Assembly (NCBI GenBank): GCA_048213135.1 | Contig: PS015014.1 | Coordinates: forward strand, 184,973 to 212,740 | Length of the DNA: 27,768 nucleotides | Reading direction: 5' to 3' | Origin: Reclinomonas americana ATCC 50394 | Lineage: Eukaryota | Part shown: positions 11,546 through 23,384 of the stretch, piece by piece | Numbering within the stretch: the first letter of the stretch is position 1 | How the letters are laid out: each line of letters begins with the position of its first letter | Program-made: the position numbers and the translations under genes | The notes under the pieces: generated by a model | The model's input: the letters and a program-made list of their open reading frames with translations, nothing else | What the model was told of the DNA's origin: nothing | The model's database searches: none

Positions 11546-13886
11546 TCAATCACCACCGGTGGGTGCGCCTTTTGCGTCCCACTTGATTTTCCTCGACGTG
11601 TCATTGGGTGCCTGCTTGACTTGCGGCGGTGCCAGCGGTCGCTTGAGCAACACCGATGCCTGCCGATACATCGGTGCGTTCTGTTGCGAACTGCCTTGGC
11701 CCTGTAGCTGGGCGGCCACATTCCGGAACGCATCGTTGACAAGAGCCACGCACTCGGCCGCCGACATGATGCACGTGACCACTGGTGGTCGTGCAAATGC
11801 GTCGATCGTCTTGACCAGGCTGCTCTTGAGCTGACCAGGTGCAGTGTTACCGTTGCGCTTGTCGAGGGCAGTGTGCGTGCTGCCGCGTCGCAATGTCTGA
11901 ATCGCGACACGTCGAGCTTGCTCGTGCATGAGACGGTTCTGGTGGGGTTTTCAACAGAAATGTGTGTGAGATCACAGCAGTTGAGTTGCCGACTTGAGCT
12001 GATGGTGATCACTTACCGTCTCTGCGTTGACCAGCTCTCTCCGCCTCTCCACGTAGCGCATCATCTGACGGTGTGCCAGCCACCGCCGACGGCGGACGAA
12101 TTCTTGCACACTGTTCTGTATGCATTCTCTGCGAAACAACAAGGTGAGTCCTTTTTTCCCAGTGGGGATCGGCGCGCGCGGGGGAGAGCGTGACGCACGT
12201 GGTGACGAGGTGCAGCGGCGGCAATGGATTGAGCAGCTTGGCTCTGAAGGATCTTTCAAAGCTGCATGTACATCGGAGAGAAAATGTCTGTCAGCAGATG
12301 ACCGCTGCGATACACGGAGGCCGAAGACGACACTGACCGGTCAAAATGCCGAAGGCCACTCCGGTCCAATAATGTCTTGAGTGGAATCTGTATGGTCGGG
12401 CGCGTCAGAGAAGAGCATGTGATGGCATGCACAAAAAACATACACACATACACACCTGCGAATCGCAAGCCCAATCTGGCACTGGGTCTCTGTCTCGCGT
12501 TGCAGCCGATCGATGCAGCAGTTGAAGCAGACTCAACACCTTGATGTTGTTCAAAGCCGTTTGTGCGCGTCTGTACAATCAGCCGTGAGACGAGAGCAGC
12601 GCCACACGCTTGCGCACAGTGCGTAATGTGAGCAAACCGTGAATGAATGAACGCCCGGATCGTTCGTTGCGCAAGACGCACTGTCGCAAGCACAGGAACT
12701 TCTGAGTAACCACCCTCACTCCCTCCCTCTCTGCCAACTGTGTACGCTGGTACCTCTCCGTAAAAACTTTTGCGCAGCAACCAGTGCGCGTCGTGTGAGG
12801 GCTGTCGCCCGCAAGAACCACCGAACCAGGACCAGCGCCTGCCGTTTTTTCTCAATGCGCTGATTCATCCGCTGTACCCAGAGCGCACTGCAGCAGTGGA
12901 ACAACAGTTAGTTTCACGCACATGGCACGCGGGCTGTGCATGCCCGGACGCACTCTTCGACGCCCTGCGGTTTGTGACCCAGTATTCGCTGGCGAACCAG
13001 CGGCCAGAACTGTTTCTGCAAGATGGTAGCTGCTCGTGTGCGCCTCTGTTCCACACAACGCACCGTCTCCGCGCGTACTTCCTGCGTGCGTGTGTGAGCA
13101 AGCGCGAAGATTTGCAACTCCAATCGCTCTGCGCTCACGCGCGCGCACGTAACGAGGAGGGCGGCAATCAGGGACTGGACACGCGAGGCGGCCGCTGCGG
13201 TGGTCATCCACTGGCGCACCAGCTGCGCGCGCACGTCACGATCAGGATCCCACCACATGTGCGCTCTTATTATCTCTCTTACACACTCACCGAGCGGTTC
13301 TTGATGCGATCCTTGAGCCGCTTGGAGGCTTCGACGGCCTGTGTGACCCGCGAGCTCGAGTCAGAAAAAATACTGCAAAGAGTGTGCAAGCAGCAACAGT
13401 GAAGACGAGCAGACGCACCCGTTGCACTTTGTTGTCTACCGACTGAGCCAGTGCGGCGGCACGTCGCTCTTCTTCCACTAGCTGCTTGTGACGCACATCG
13501 GAAGCATGCCGTGCCTGCGATTCGAGCTCCTCGTGCTGTGTGCCAGAATCAGCGTCCATGCATGCGACTCGTGCGCGTTGCAGTGCNNNNNNNNNNNNNN
13601 NNNNNNAACAGGCCGTTTGTGCTGCTGCTGCTCGTCACCAAAATGGAGATCGTCAACCGCGACTGCCGTCGTCGGGACAGGCAACGACGGCAGTGCGGGC
13701 GACACCGATCGCGCACCGCTGCGCCAGTCATCGACCTCTCTCCTCGCCTCCTGGTGCACCGTCAGGAACGACGATGACTCACCGTCGCGCCGACGCACCG
13801 CTGTGTGCGTTTCGTTTGTTGGTCACCAGCGAACAATGAGAGAAACCGCAGCATGGTTCACTGTTGAGGGACGCACCTGCCAGCAT
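11546..13886 (-). CDS. Uncharacterised basic, helical/coiled-coil protein with IQ-like segments; about 12 exons, spanning the gap at 13587-13606
   Basis: Exons chain in consistent phase from MLA|AVRRRDGE through RAATILQKQFWPLVRQR, VRLAQRTIRAFIHSR and IQNSVQEFVRRRRW to KWDAKGAPTGGD*. I do not recognise the family. Confidence 0.65.
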
Positions 13887-14093
13887 GCCACACGCGTGCG
13901 TCTCTCAATCTGTGTTGCTCTCGCAAGTATGTGCGACAACGCGTGCGACAATTGCTAATAATCTTTTCTCGCGTGATATCGATGAAAATGGTGTTCGGAT
14001 GTAACGCCTCGTGAATCCACCGCCCACTGCAATGAACCGACTTGGCCCACTTCCTATATATCTATTCCCTGATGTTTTTTGTCGCGCGAGGTA

Positions 14094-14844
14094 ATGTCTC
14101 TCCTTCTCTCCTTGTTCTCTCCTGTGAGACTCACACACACACACGTTCTTGTTCATTCCTTCGTCCAATGTCTTTTCTCTGAGTGTGTGTCTGTGTGGGT
14201 GAGAGAGAAAGAGCACGTGTGGCCGTTGTTCACAGCGTTCGTTTGTATCATGTGTGTCGCAGCTGCTTCCACTAACGTTCCACTGACGCGGTTGATGGTG
14301 AGTACGTGTGTGTGTTTGACAATGAGTGAGAAGAAAGGTGCTGTCTGAGCTCTGTCCTCGGACACTGACACACGCGCACAGTGTTCCGCCTCGTGGTCTC
14401 TCCCACTAATGGCCAAGGTCACTGTGATACCAGCGACGGCGGAGAGCGACACTGTCAAGTCTCCTTCTTCTTCTTCAACACAATCACAACAACAATCATC
14501 ATCATCGCCAACTCCGATCGCCTGTCGTCCTCTCAATGCCGTGCAACCACAATCAATGTCACTTGCCGCACTACTGCAGCTGACCGACGCAGACACGGGC
14601 ACTTTGCAGATGAATTCGTTGGTGGTCTGTCGCGTGTCGGGAGCGGTCAAGTTGCGTTATGCTCACTGATGGTTGCCGAGAGCGTCGATGGCTAAACTGT
14701 GCATTCCTTTGCCTGCTGTGCTGCTGCAGTGCACAGGGCGAGGCCACGTTGAATGCCAAGGAGGCGCGTCACTTGCGTGTGTCGCAGGAAGCCATGTTGT
14801 CACGAACACCCTCCTCCGAAGGCTCCGCCTCCTCTGCCACATAG
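14094..14844 (+). CDS. Hypothetical small Ser/Gln-rich protein; 5' end uncertain
   Basis: Phase-compatible exons ...VPLTRLM|CSASWSLPLMAKV...QMNSLV|GEATLNAKEARHLRVSQEAMLSR...* with GT-AG boundaries. No homology recognised. Confidence 0.4.
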
Positions 14845-15032
14845 TCCTCCTCCCCCTCGCAACCCGGCTACTCTGTACTACACTCTCCTCTCCTCTCTGT
14901 CCCCCGCGCACCTTGCCCGTGCGACTTACGCGCTGTTGTTGTGCTTCATTCTGATTCGTGTAAAGTATTTGTGATGTTTTGCTGCATTTTTGTCGCACGG
15001 GAAGAAAGAGAAAACGCGACCAGAGGCAGCGC

Positions 15033-17100
15033 TCAGTCGTGCCCGGCGATCTTCACGACTCGTGCCTGTAGCCGCTGGCTGCCTGTACGTGCCTTGTTCA
15101 TGGTCTTCTCCAGCTCGGACTCGCCGTCCCTCGAGGCGTTCGGACTGCGGGGCGGTCAGCAGGATCAACAACAGCGACGACGACGACCACCATCAACCCA
15201 CGCACCGATGGCGAATCTTTGGTCGCTCCTCGTCGTTGGCGTCGTACGTGCGCAAGTTGCTCGGCAGATCGAGCACCAGTCGCGTCCACTTTTCTTTGAT
15301 CCGCTCCGCCGTACGCTTGTTGGCCTCCGTCTCGCGCGGGTGACGCGAGTACAGATTCACCAGCACACCGATGCGCGAGTCCTTCAAAAAGTCGTCGCGA
15401 ATGCCCATGGAATCGCCCTGATCACCCGGCCGTTGTTCAGTGTCGTCGCCCTCGCACGGCAAGTCAAGCAGGATGCGCAGAATGCAGGTGCGCAGGCTGA
15501 GCGGCGGCAGCGACTTGTCCTTGGCGTTCGGCTTTAGCCAGTCGAACAGCGCCGACAGTAGTGCGTTCTGCAGCAGCGGTCCGACGAAACGCGGACTGTG
15601 GACAAGAGTGAGTGCATAAATACGTGAAGGAAAATGCACACATGCAGAGAGAGGCGAGCATGCACTCAACTTGCGGACGTACTGCTCCAACTTTGACAGC
15701 AGTCGCTCCTTGTGAATTGCTGGCTTGCCCTCTGCATTCAGGCGCTCGTCGGTCTGCTGCGCCACTTGCATCTCCTTGATGAAACGAGAGGCCTATGGCA
15801 GGGGTGAGACATCAATGATTGCGCATCTCACATCGCGCTCGCACATACCGCCTGCACGTAGGACTCGCGTTTGGGGGCCAGATCGGTGACTCGCCGCTTG
15901 ATGTACGCCGTCACCTCGTCCTCCTCCTTCTTCTCTGTGGGCACACATACTCGCGTGAGGCCATATGCCTGCGGTGTGAGAGAGGCACACGCGTGCACTC
16001 TGACGCACTCTGTGACTTCTCCACCGGCTGCTCCGCAATCGCACTGTCAATGTTGATGCGCTTTCGCCGCCGGCCGACACCCTTCTCTTGTTCGTCGTCG
16101 CCACTCTCCTCCTCGCCAATCTCATCGTCGTCCTCGTCCTCGTCGCCAGACTTCTTTCGCCGGCGCCGCTTGCCTTGCGTCTCTCGCTCCTCGTCCATTT
16201 CGGCATCCATCGCAGTCTGCTCGGCCTCCATCGCCACACGCTGCACAGCGACACTGTGAGTCTTCCTCACACACGCACACACGCACACACGCGCACATCA
16301 GCAACAGTCATTGCACCTCCTGCACGAATCGCTCGACGGCCTTCTTGAACAGCGACTTGTACTCGTGCTTGATCTTGTGCTTGAGGTGTTTCAAGTGGCT
16401 AATCACCATGTCGCGCACCGTCGACCGATTCACCGTCGTCAAATCCTCCAGCTCATACACCACCTCGCGAGTGACCTCTTCGATCTGTCGCTTGTCGAGC
16501 TCCTCGTCGTTCTCCTCCTCCTGCAGAGCCGCCGGCCGCTCCGCCTTGCCCTGCTTCTTCAGCTTCTTCAACTTTTTCAGCTTCGACGACAGACTCTCGT
16601 CGTCGCCATCTCCCTCGCCCTCCTCGTCCTCTCCATCGCCATCACCACTCTGGCACACCGTTCAGCAAGGACGACATACAGAGAGAGAGAGAGAGCATGC
16701 AACTCACCTTTTGTCGTTTCCTCGGTGGCTCATCATCGTCGTCGCCAAACAACTCGTCATCGTCGTCGCCCTCGCCCTCGTCGCTCTTCTTTGCGCCCTT
16801 GCTCAACTTGCGCCTCTTTTCCTGTGTTTTTTCACCTTCTCCACTGCCACTGTCATCGTCATCGCTGTCGGCAGCAGCCTTGGATCGCTTTCTCAGCTGC
16901 ACTCACACATACACATACTCATCGTGAGCAGTGTGGTGTGTGTATGCATGTGTGTGTGCGTGTGCGTGTCTTGCTCACCAGTCGCTTCTTCTTCTCCTTG
17001 GGTGCATCGTCGTCCTCTTCTTCATCCTCCTCCTCCTCGTCTTCTCCACTGGCCACTTTGAAATCGCCATCGGCCTCCTCATCTTCATCGTCATGCTCGC
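15033..17100 (-). CDS. IWS1: Transcription elongation factor IWS1/Spn1; start codon probably in the gap at 17179-17198
   Basis: Long acidic N-terminal region, then DERLNAEGKPAIHK, LFDWLKP..DKSLPPLSLRTCILRILLDLP and LKDSRIGVLVNLYSRHPRETEANKRTAERIKEKWTR (TFIIS-N/IWS1 domain). Confidence 0.9.
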
Positions 17101-17198
17101 CTGCAAGCATGCACACACACGTACGCACATGTGAGAACAAAGCACAGCGTCCACTGCTGTGTGTGTGCGTGAGAAAGTNNNNNNNNNNNNNNNNNNNN

Positions 17199-19813
17199 AG
17201 ACGAGAAACAGCCAACACCCCACCACGGGACGCAACTCGGCGTTGGCCTGCTGGATCTCCTGCAAGTCGGCGAGCACCTCGGCCTCGCGTTCAGCATACA
17301 GACGGTTCTTCTTGTCTTGGATCTGCTGTTGTAGCTGCTTGCGATGGTAGGCGCGGTGCGAGTGGGCGTCGTCCGGAGCAGGCGGCTCCACTGGGAACGC
17401 GGTGATATCGCGGTCCAAGTCGATGGCGTGCGGTGCCCGTTGCACTTGCACCGACGCCAATCGCTGTCCCTCCCGCTCGCGCATCTGCGCCTGCAGGAAG
17501 CGTCGGTGGTCGTCCTGGACTTTGCGACGCGACTCGCGATTCGCAGCATCCACACGACGGGTGATTTCCAGCTGCGATTGCTCCTGTTGACGCACGTGCA
17601 CAAGTTAGCAAGGGTCGTCACTGCCGAGCCGGTGACATGCAGAGTGACTTGCCTGTTTCATGTAGTAGTCGTCTTCCTGGAACTCCTTCGCCAGTGTGTC
17701 CTCGTACCGCTTGAACGCCTCCTCCATGGCAGCATCTGTGGGACGTCAAAAAGAAGAGAAAGTCAGACGGGTGGCCACGAAACACAGGAGAACACGAGAC
17801 GAGACGCAACGCATCGCGGTACTGCTGACACCTCGGCCAATGCTGTTCTTCATGGCCATGGACGGCAAGTTGGCCGCCAGAGTGTACGACGCACCGCCGA
17901 CGGAGCCAGACGACGAGCGATTCGAGTGGGGAGAGGCCAGGCCGGGCCGACCGGGGGCGGTGACTGCGCGAGGAATGTCCAGTGATCCGACACGCGTCGC
18001 ACCGTGCGGCGGCGTCATCGGGGCCAACTGCGGACTCGATTGCCGCACAGCCGAGGCGCCATTCTGCGCATCATCACACGCAGACCGAAAAATAGTGAGC
18101 AACGACAACTCTGTGTTGTGGCCACACACAATCAAAAACGAGCAATGCGCACTCTTCTGTCCACCCAGTCCTTGCCGTGCTTGGCCAGCAGATCTCTCTC
18201 CAGCTGCTCAAACTCGCTGTCGAGCTGCCGTCGTCTTCTCTCCTGTGCTTCGGCCTTGCTCAATGCCACCGGACTGTACTCTTGCACCTGTGACCACACG
18301 AAATGAGCGACACGATCACGAGGCTGCGTGTAACCACCGCGCAAACACACACCTGATGCATCAACTCGCCACGCGAGGTCTCGGTCAGATCGCGAGCGCG
18401 ACGATCCAGCTCCTCCTCGTCCGTGTATGGCCAGTGGTCGTGCTTCTCGTGTCGCTTCTCGGCGTCGCGGCGAGCGGCAGCCTCGCGCTTCTGGTGCACC
18501 ACATGCTGATTGTAGCTCAAGTCCTGCTGCGACACATTGGCGGCCTCCAGTCGCTTCCGCCTTTCGTAGTCGAGGGCGGCCAACACACTGCGCTGCGTCG
18601 ACTCGTGCTCCGCTCTCTTGTCGCCATCGTCACGGTGGCCGGGGCGGGCATCCTCGCGTGCGACCAGCGACTGCGATAGCAGCGACGAGCGCTTTGTCGG
18701 ACTGCCGGGAGTGCCAAGTCGCGGCGGACCACCACGCGTTCTCGGTCGTGGCGACGTTTCACCGCCGTTGCTTGCTGCTGCTGCTGCTGCTGATGGGGCA
18801 GATGCAGACGCACTGTTTCCATTCGAAGCTCCAGCCGCCTTGGGAGACTCGATCGTGGCGTGATCGCCGTGCACGGTGAGCACATTGAGTGCGCCGGAAC
18901 CGTTGCCTCCCTCATTGAGTTGCACGTGCTGGCGGCGACCGTGCGCAGGCGAGGCACGTGGAGGCGACACTCTCGATGGCGACACGTTGCCGCCACCACC
19001 GCCACCGGCCAGTCGACCGCTGCGTGAGGGTGGCGGTTGCATGATTTGACCATTGCCGGCGCCCGGCGGGAGCGACAGCGTGGCGATCGGAGTCATGGTG
19101 GAGGCGCCGGTGCTTCCGCTGGCGCCCCCCGAAGCCACTTGCGGTGTCGTCAGGGCGTCCCGGTTGAACTCGTCGGTGTATGTGGTGCTCGGTACGAACT
19201 CCACAATCGCATGCTCGCCCTTGATGGAGCCCATGCCGCCGAGATCGATATTGATCTTCTTCCCGGACGACAGCACCTGCACAAAAAAAAACACGAACAC
19301 ACGGTTGTGTGAGCGGCGTTGGGGAGGGCAGAGACGGGTGCGGACCACTGACCTCGCCCAATCGCTGCACAAACTGTCGCAACGCGGCCACAATCGTGTC
19401 CTTCTTGATCTGACTCTGCTGCGAAATCGCAAACGTGTTCACCTCGGCCATCGGCATCTCATTCGTCACGTGTGGCCTGTTGTGCAACCGCAGCGCATGC
19501 GCCTGCGCAAAGGCCTCGCTGATCACAAACAGCGGATTGCGCTTCGTGGTCTCGCCGGCCACGTTGCGAACGCGCTGCACGACAAACTTGCCCATGCCCG
19601 GCAAGATCACGCCCTGTGTCGCGTGATAAGCACATCGCGCCCTCCCCGCTCATCATCACCAAATCACACGCCCCGCACCTTTTGCAGCGCCAGTTGCCGC
19701 TTGACAAACGCAAAGGTGGCCTCGAAGACGCTGCGATATGTGTTCTCGTCGATCTTCATGAGACGCGACCGAGCCGCACACTCGCGCATGAGATCGTCCA
19801 TGGAGTACGCCAT
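17199..19813 (-). CDS. CCDC81: CCDC81-like protein (two N-terminal HU-like domains, low-complexity linker, coiled coil); 3' end runs toward the gap
   Basis: VFEATFAFVKRQLALQKGVILPGMGKF...NPLFVISEAFAQAHAL and EVNTFAISQQ...FVQRLGEVLSSGKKINIDLGGMGSI match the eukaryotic HU-CCDC81 domains. Q/R/E-rich coiled coil follows. Confidence 0.8.
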
Positions 19814-20262
19814 GATGGATGAGCAAGAAGAGTCTGTGCCACAGAGAGATGAGAGAGACGATGATGGTTGGTGGTTTCCGAGATCCATCGGCTCCCACAA
19901 TGCATTCCCGTCATATCTTCATCACCACCCACTCTGTGCACCTCCACACACACTGTCTTCCACACAAGCACATATACACACACACGCGAACCTTACACGA
20001 AGAGCGATTGTCGTTGGTCAGTGTGTGTGTGTGTGGTGCTGGCGGCAATTTCTCCGTTTGGCGTTCACACGCGCTTGCCCTCGTGTGGCGCTGCTGTGGC
20101 TGTGCTAGGCGACACTGATACGGTCGGATCCACCAAGGCAGGTGAACACACAGCCGGGATGTTTGCGTGGCGCGCAAGAGTGTGATTGATTGCGAGAGTC
20201 GCGGTGGGACAAAGTGTTAAACGGCATCGTGTTGTGCGGACGTTCACTCCCAAGTGCTTCTC

Positions 20263-21786
20263 TCACGGATCGGCATCGAGACGTGCTACCATGTCTGTCT
20301 GCGCGACGCGCTGGTATGGGTGAGCCAGCGTCATGGCCACGTTGTGATACACCTGTATACATTGGACTGGTTAGCATCTGTCACGATTGCTGTATGCAAG
20401 CAGCCTCGTGCACACACACCTGGTGGTTGAGGCGACTGTGGTAGGCGAAAGCGGTGCCCGCGTTGCGGATTCGTGTCAGTGTCTGCACGAGAACGGTGAA
20501 GACTTGCTGCTTCAGAGCCTTTTTCTGCCGCGTGCAAAATACGGAGAATATTAGCGCGGATGATTGGAGCACACACACACACACAAGAAGAAGCTCGCCT
20601 CTTCCCATCCCGGTTCCTCCGGATCTGTGCGCTCACTGTGCCATCAACACGTGGTGTGAGTGACCGTCCTTCCTACGATATGCCAAAACTCCTGCTTTGC
20701 GCGCACCACAAGAACACGGTATCCATGTAGAAGTTCTCGTCGTTGACCACCCGTTCGACTGCACGCATGGCCGACGGCGTCTCGCTAAACGTGGGCACGA
20801 CATTGGAGCGGCCGTAGATGACCACAGCGCGCAGAATGAACTTGCCAATCTCTTCACCACGCGGCAAGTACGGCTCACTGCCACGAAAGACAAATCAGCG
20901 GGCGTGGCGAAGATGTGGCGACTCCCAGCGCTGCACTGCCCGATCGCACCATGACTCAAACACACTCGACATGTCAAAGGAGGTGTAGACGGAGCCGGGT
21001 CGGAAGTCGCCCAGCTTGCGCACCGCTGTAAACTCGCTGTATGTGAATGGTTGCACCTGGAAGAGGAGTGCATGAATAGGGGGGAAGGCGCAAGGTGAGA
21101 GAGGGCGCAAGGTGTAGGCCACCACGCACCAGTGTCGCTCGCTCACGCATGGTGGCCAGCGCGTACTCGTGCTTGTTCGACAGTCGGGCCTTGGCGTGAA
21201 TGAACGACTTGATGGCGTTCTTGACCACATCCAAGCGCGTCTCGTAACGACCGCGCATGTGCATCCTATGTTAGACACACACACACGCGTGAGTGAACAA
21301 GGCGAGTGAGTGCACAACAGCCGGGCGACAAGACACAACTCTTCGCCAGTGTAATCAAAATTCCTGCGCACACACACACGAGACAACAATCAGCGCGCGC
21401 GCGTCGGAGAAAACACACCCTAGCAGATAACAGCAACGCACATCATCTCGTCACCGAGATCAATGAAGAACATCTGTCGAGTGTGTGAGCTCGCAAGTCA
21501 TCACCGCCATGTGCACTCTCGCTCACACAGACGCAACAATCTTCTCTGGGCAGCTCTTGGGCAACTCCAGCCGCTCGGGCATTGGCGGCGGCACTGGTGC
21601 CACTGATGCAGCGGCAGCAGCTGACTCCTCCTCAGCAGGTAATGCAGCAGCAGAGGGTGCTTCCTCATGTGGCTCCGCGTGAGGAGGCTCGCTGTGTGTG
21701 GCTGCGTCGGCGGCCGGCGACGCCGCCGAGAAGCTCGTGTAGGCGTCTTCGGCCGCGCGGCGTGGAGAGGTTCGCGGGGAACTCAT
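20263..21786 (-). CDS. BABAM1: BRISC and BRCA1-A complex member 1 (MERIT40/NBA1), vWA-like
   Basis: CPEKIMFFIDLGDEM, RLDVVKNAIKSFIHAK..LSNKHEYAL, FDMSSVF, ILRAVVIYGRS, FYMDTVFL and the terminal MTLAHPYQR (human LLAHPLQR). Confidence 0.9.
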
Positions 21787-21908
21787 TCACTGTGTGTGTT
21801 TGTGAGTGGCTGTTGTCCGACGCGACGCGGACAGGGAAGATTTCGTTTCTCATTTGTGTTTTTTTCATTGTTAGTACTCTTGGTTCTCCACCTGGCCGGC
21901 TGCCACGA

Positions 21909-23267
21909 TTACGCCTCTGTGTCTTGCGAAAAGTAGTCGTCGTCGAAGTGGTGCACGCGGATCACACCTTCCTCGCCACCGCTGACAAACCTGCGTAAGG
22001 AACAACACAAAATGAGTAATCATCATCACGACTTCACCCTTCCATCCACAACGCACCCTCTGCCGTCTGGTGCAAACTGCAGCGTGTTGACGGGTCCAAA
22101 GTGACCGGCCACGGCGCCCAGCTCCATGCCGTAGTACTTGTGGAAGAACTTGGTTTCGAACTTGCCGGCACGACCCGCTGTTGTTGTCACATCGCGAGCT
22201 TGCTGACCACCACCCAGAATCACGTGGTCGCGGATCGGACTGCGCACACGCCACAAGCTAAGCACAAGATCAGCGCAGCGCACCATCACCTTGTCACATC
22301 CAAACCTAATGTCCACATCGTTGACAATCGTGTCGCTCTCGTAGGCTTTCGCACACTCGCCGCTCCGCATGTCCCACATCTTCGCCGAGTGATCCGCAGA
22401 CGCCGACAACACGCAGTGGCCGTTGTAGGCTGTCCTGATGTGGTTCACCGTGCCGTCGTGTGCGTCGATCTTGAGAATTAGCCTGCCCGTCTCCGTATCC
22501 CACTGTCGCACCGTCTTGTCTTCCGAGCACGAAATCACCGTGGCGTTCAGCGGACCCCACTTGCAGTCGGTGATGCGCTTGTCGTGGCCGAGAATCTTCA
22601 TCTTCGGTTGCGTCGTCTGCTCCCGCGGGTCAAACGACTTGCTGGTCATCAGGTCCTCGGCCACATCGTACAGATTGATGGCCGGCTGGTAGCCGAAAGT
22701 GGAATCGGTGCACGACAAGAACTGTCGCTCACCCAGTGCCAGCGACACCGCACGGACCTGGCGACTCGTGTGTGAGTCTCTGCGCTGGCGGAAAGCAGTA
22801 AAGAACAACGCAACGGCAGTCGGATGCTCAATGGACCACAGCAGAGTGCCAGATTGCACATCCCAAATGCGCACATTCTCGTCACCACCTGCGCTAATCA
22901 GGCGCGTCGAGTCGCGTGAGACGTCCACTTGCCACACCACACCATTGTGGCCCTGTGCAGAGTGTGAGCAAGAGAGCAAGAGAGGAAGAGAGAGCTCAGA
23001 AAAGAGACCTTGAAAATGCCCATTCGCTCGCCATTATCCGTGCGCCACATGGTGATCATCTTGTCCTTGGAGGCGGTGAACAGCAGATCGCCGTCGTGGT
23101 TGTAGCGCACGCACTGTGCAGTGCAGCTTCAGTGAGACATGTCGGCACATGCACACACGCACACACGAACACACGCACACACGCACACACACAACGAGCG
23201 CGTGTCTGTCAAGCAGTGCACTCACCGTGATAGGGCGCTCATGGCCCGTCAACATAATAGGCCGCAT
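21909..23267 (-). CDS. EIF3I: Eukaryotic translation initiation factor 3 subunit I (WD40)
   Basis: MRPIMLTGHERPIT, YNHDGDLLFTASKD, DHVILGGGQQARDVTTT..GKFETKFFH, GHFGPVNTL and SGGEEGVIRVHHFD. Confidence 0.97.
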
Positions 23268-23384
23268 GGTTGCGTGTGATTGACGTGTGATTGAAGTGAT
23301 TGAGAGTAGGACAGAGTAATGCAGCGAGCACTGTCCATTTACTTCGTGTTTGTGTGTGCGCGCGTGTGTGTTGGCCTTGCCCTC
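23268..23384. promoter_or_regulatory. Very short divergent (bidirectional) promoter region between EIF3I and SRPRA
   Basis: Only 117 bp separate the two head-to-head ATGs. It contains three GTGATTGA copies at about 23276-23303. Confidence 0.6.

Noticed and set aside
16311-20108. Long plus-strand ORFs (364, 327, 351 aa)
   Set aside because: They are antisense shadows of GC-rich IWS1/CCDC81 exons with no recognisable domains.
5401-21908. Polycistronic transcription with spliced-leader trans-splicing
   Set aside because: Genes switch strand often, and there is no consistent polypyrimidine-AG acceptor before the start codons.
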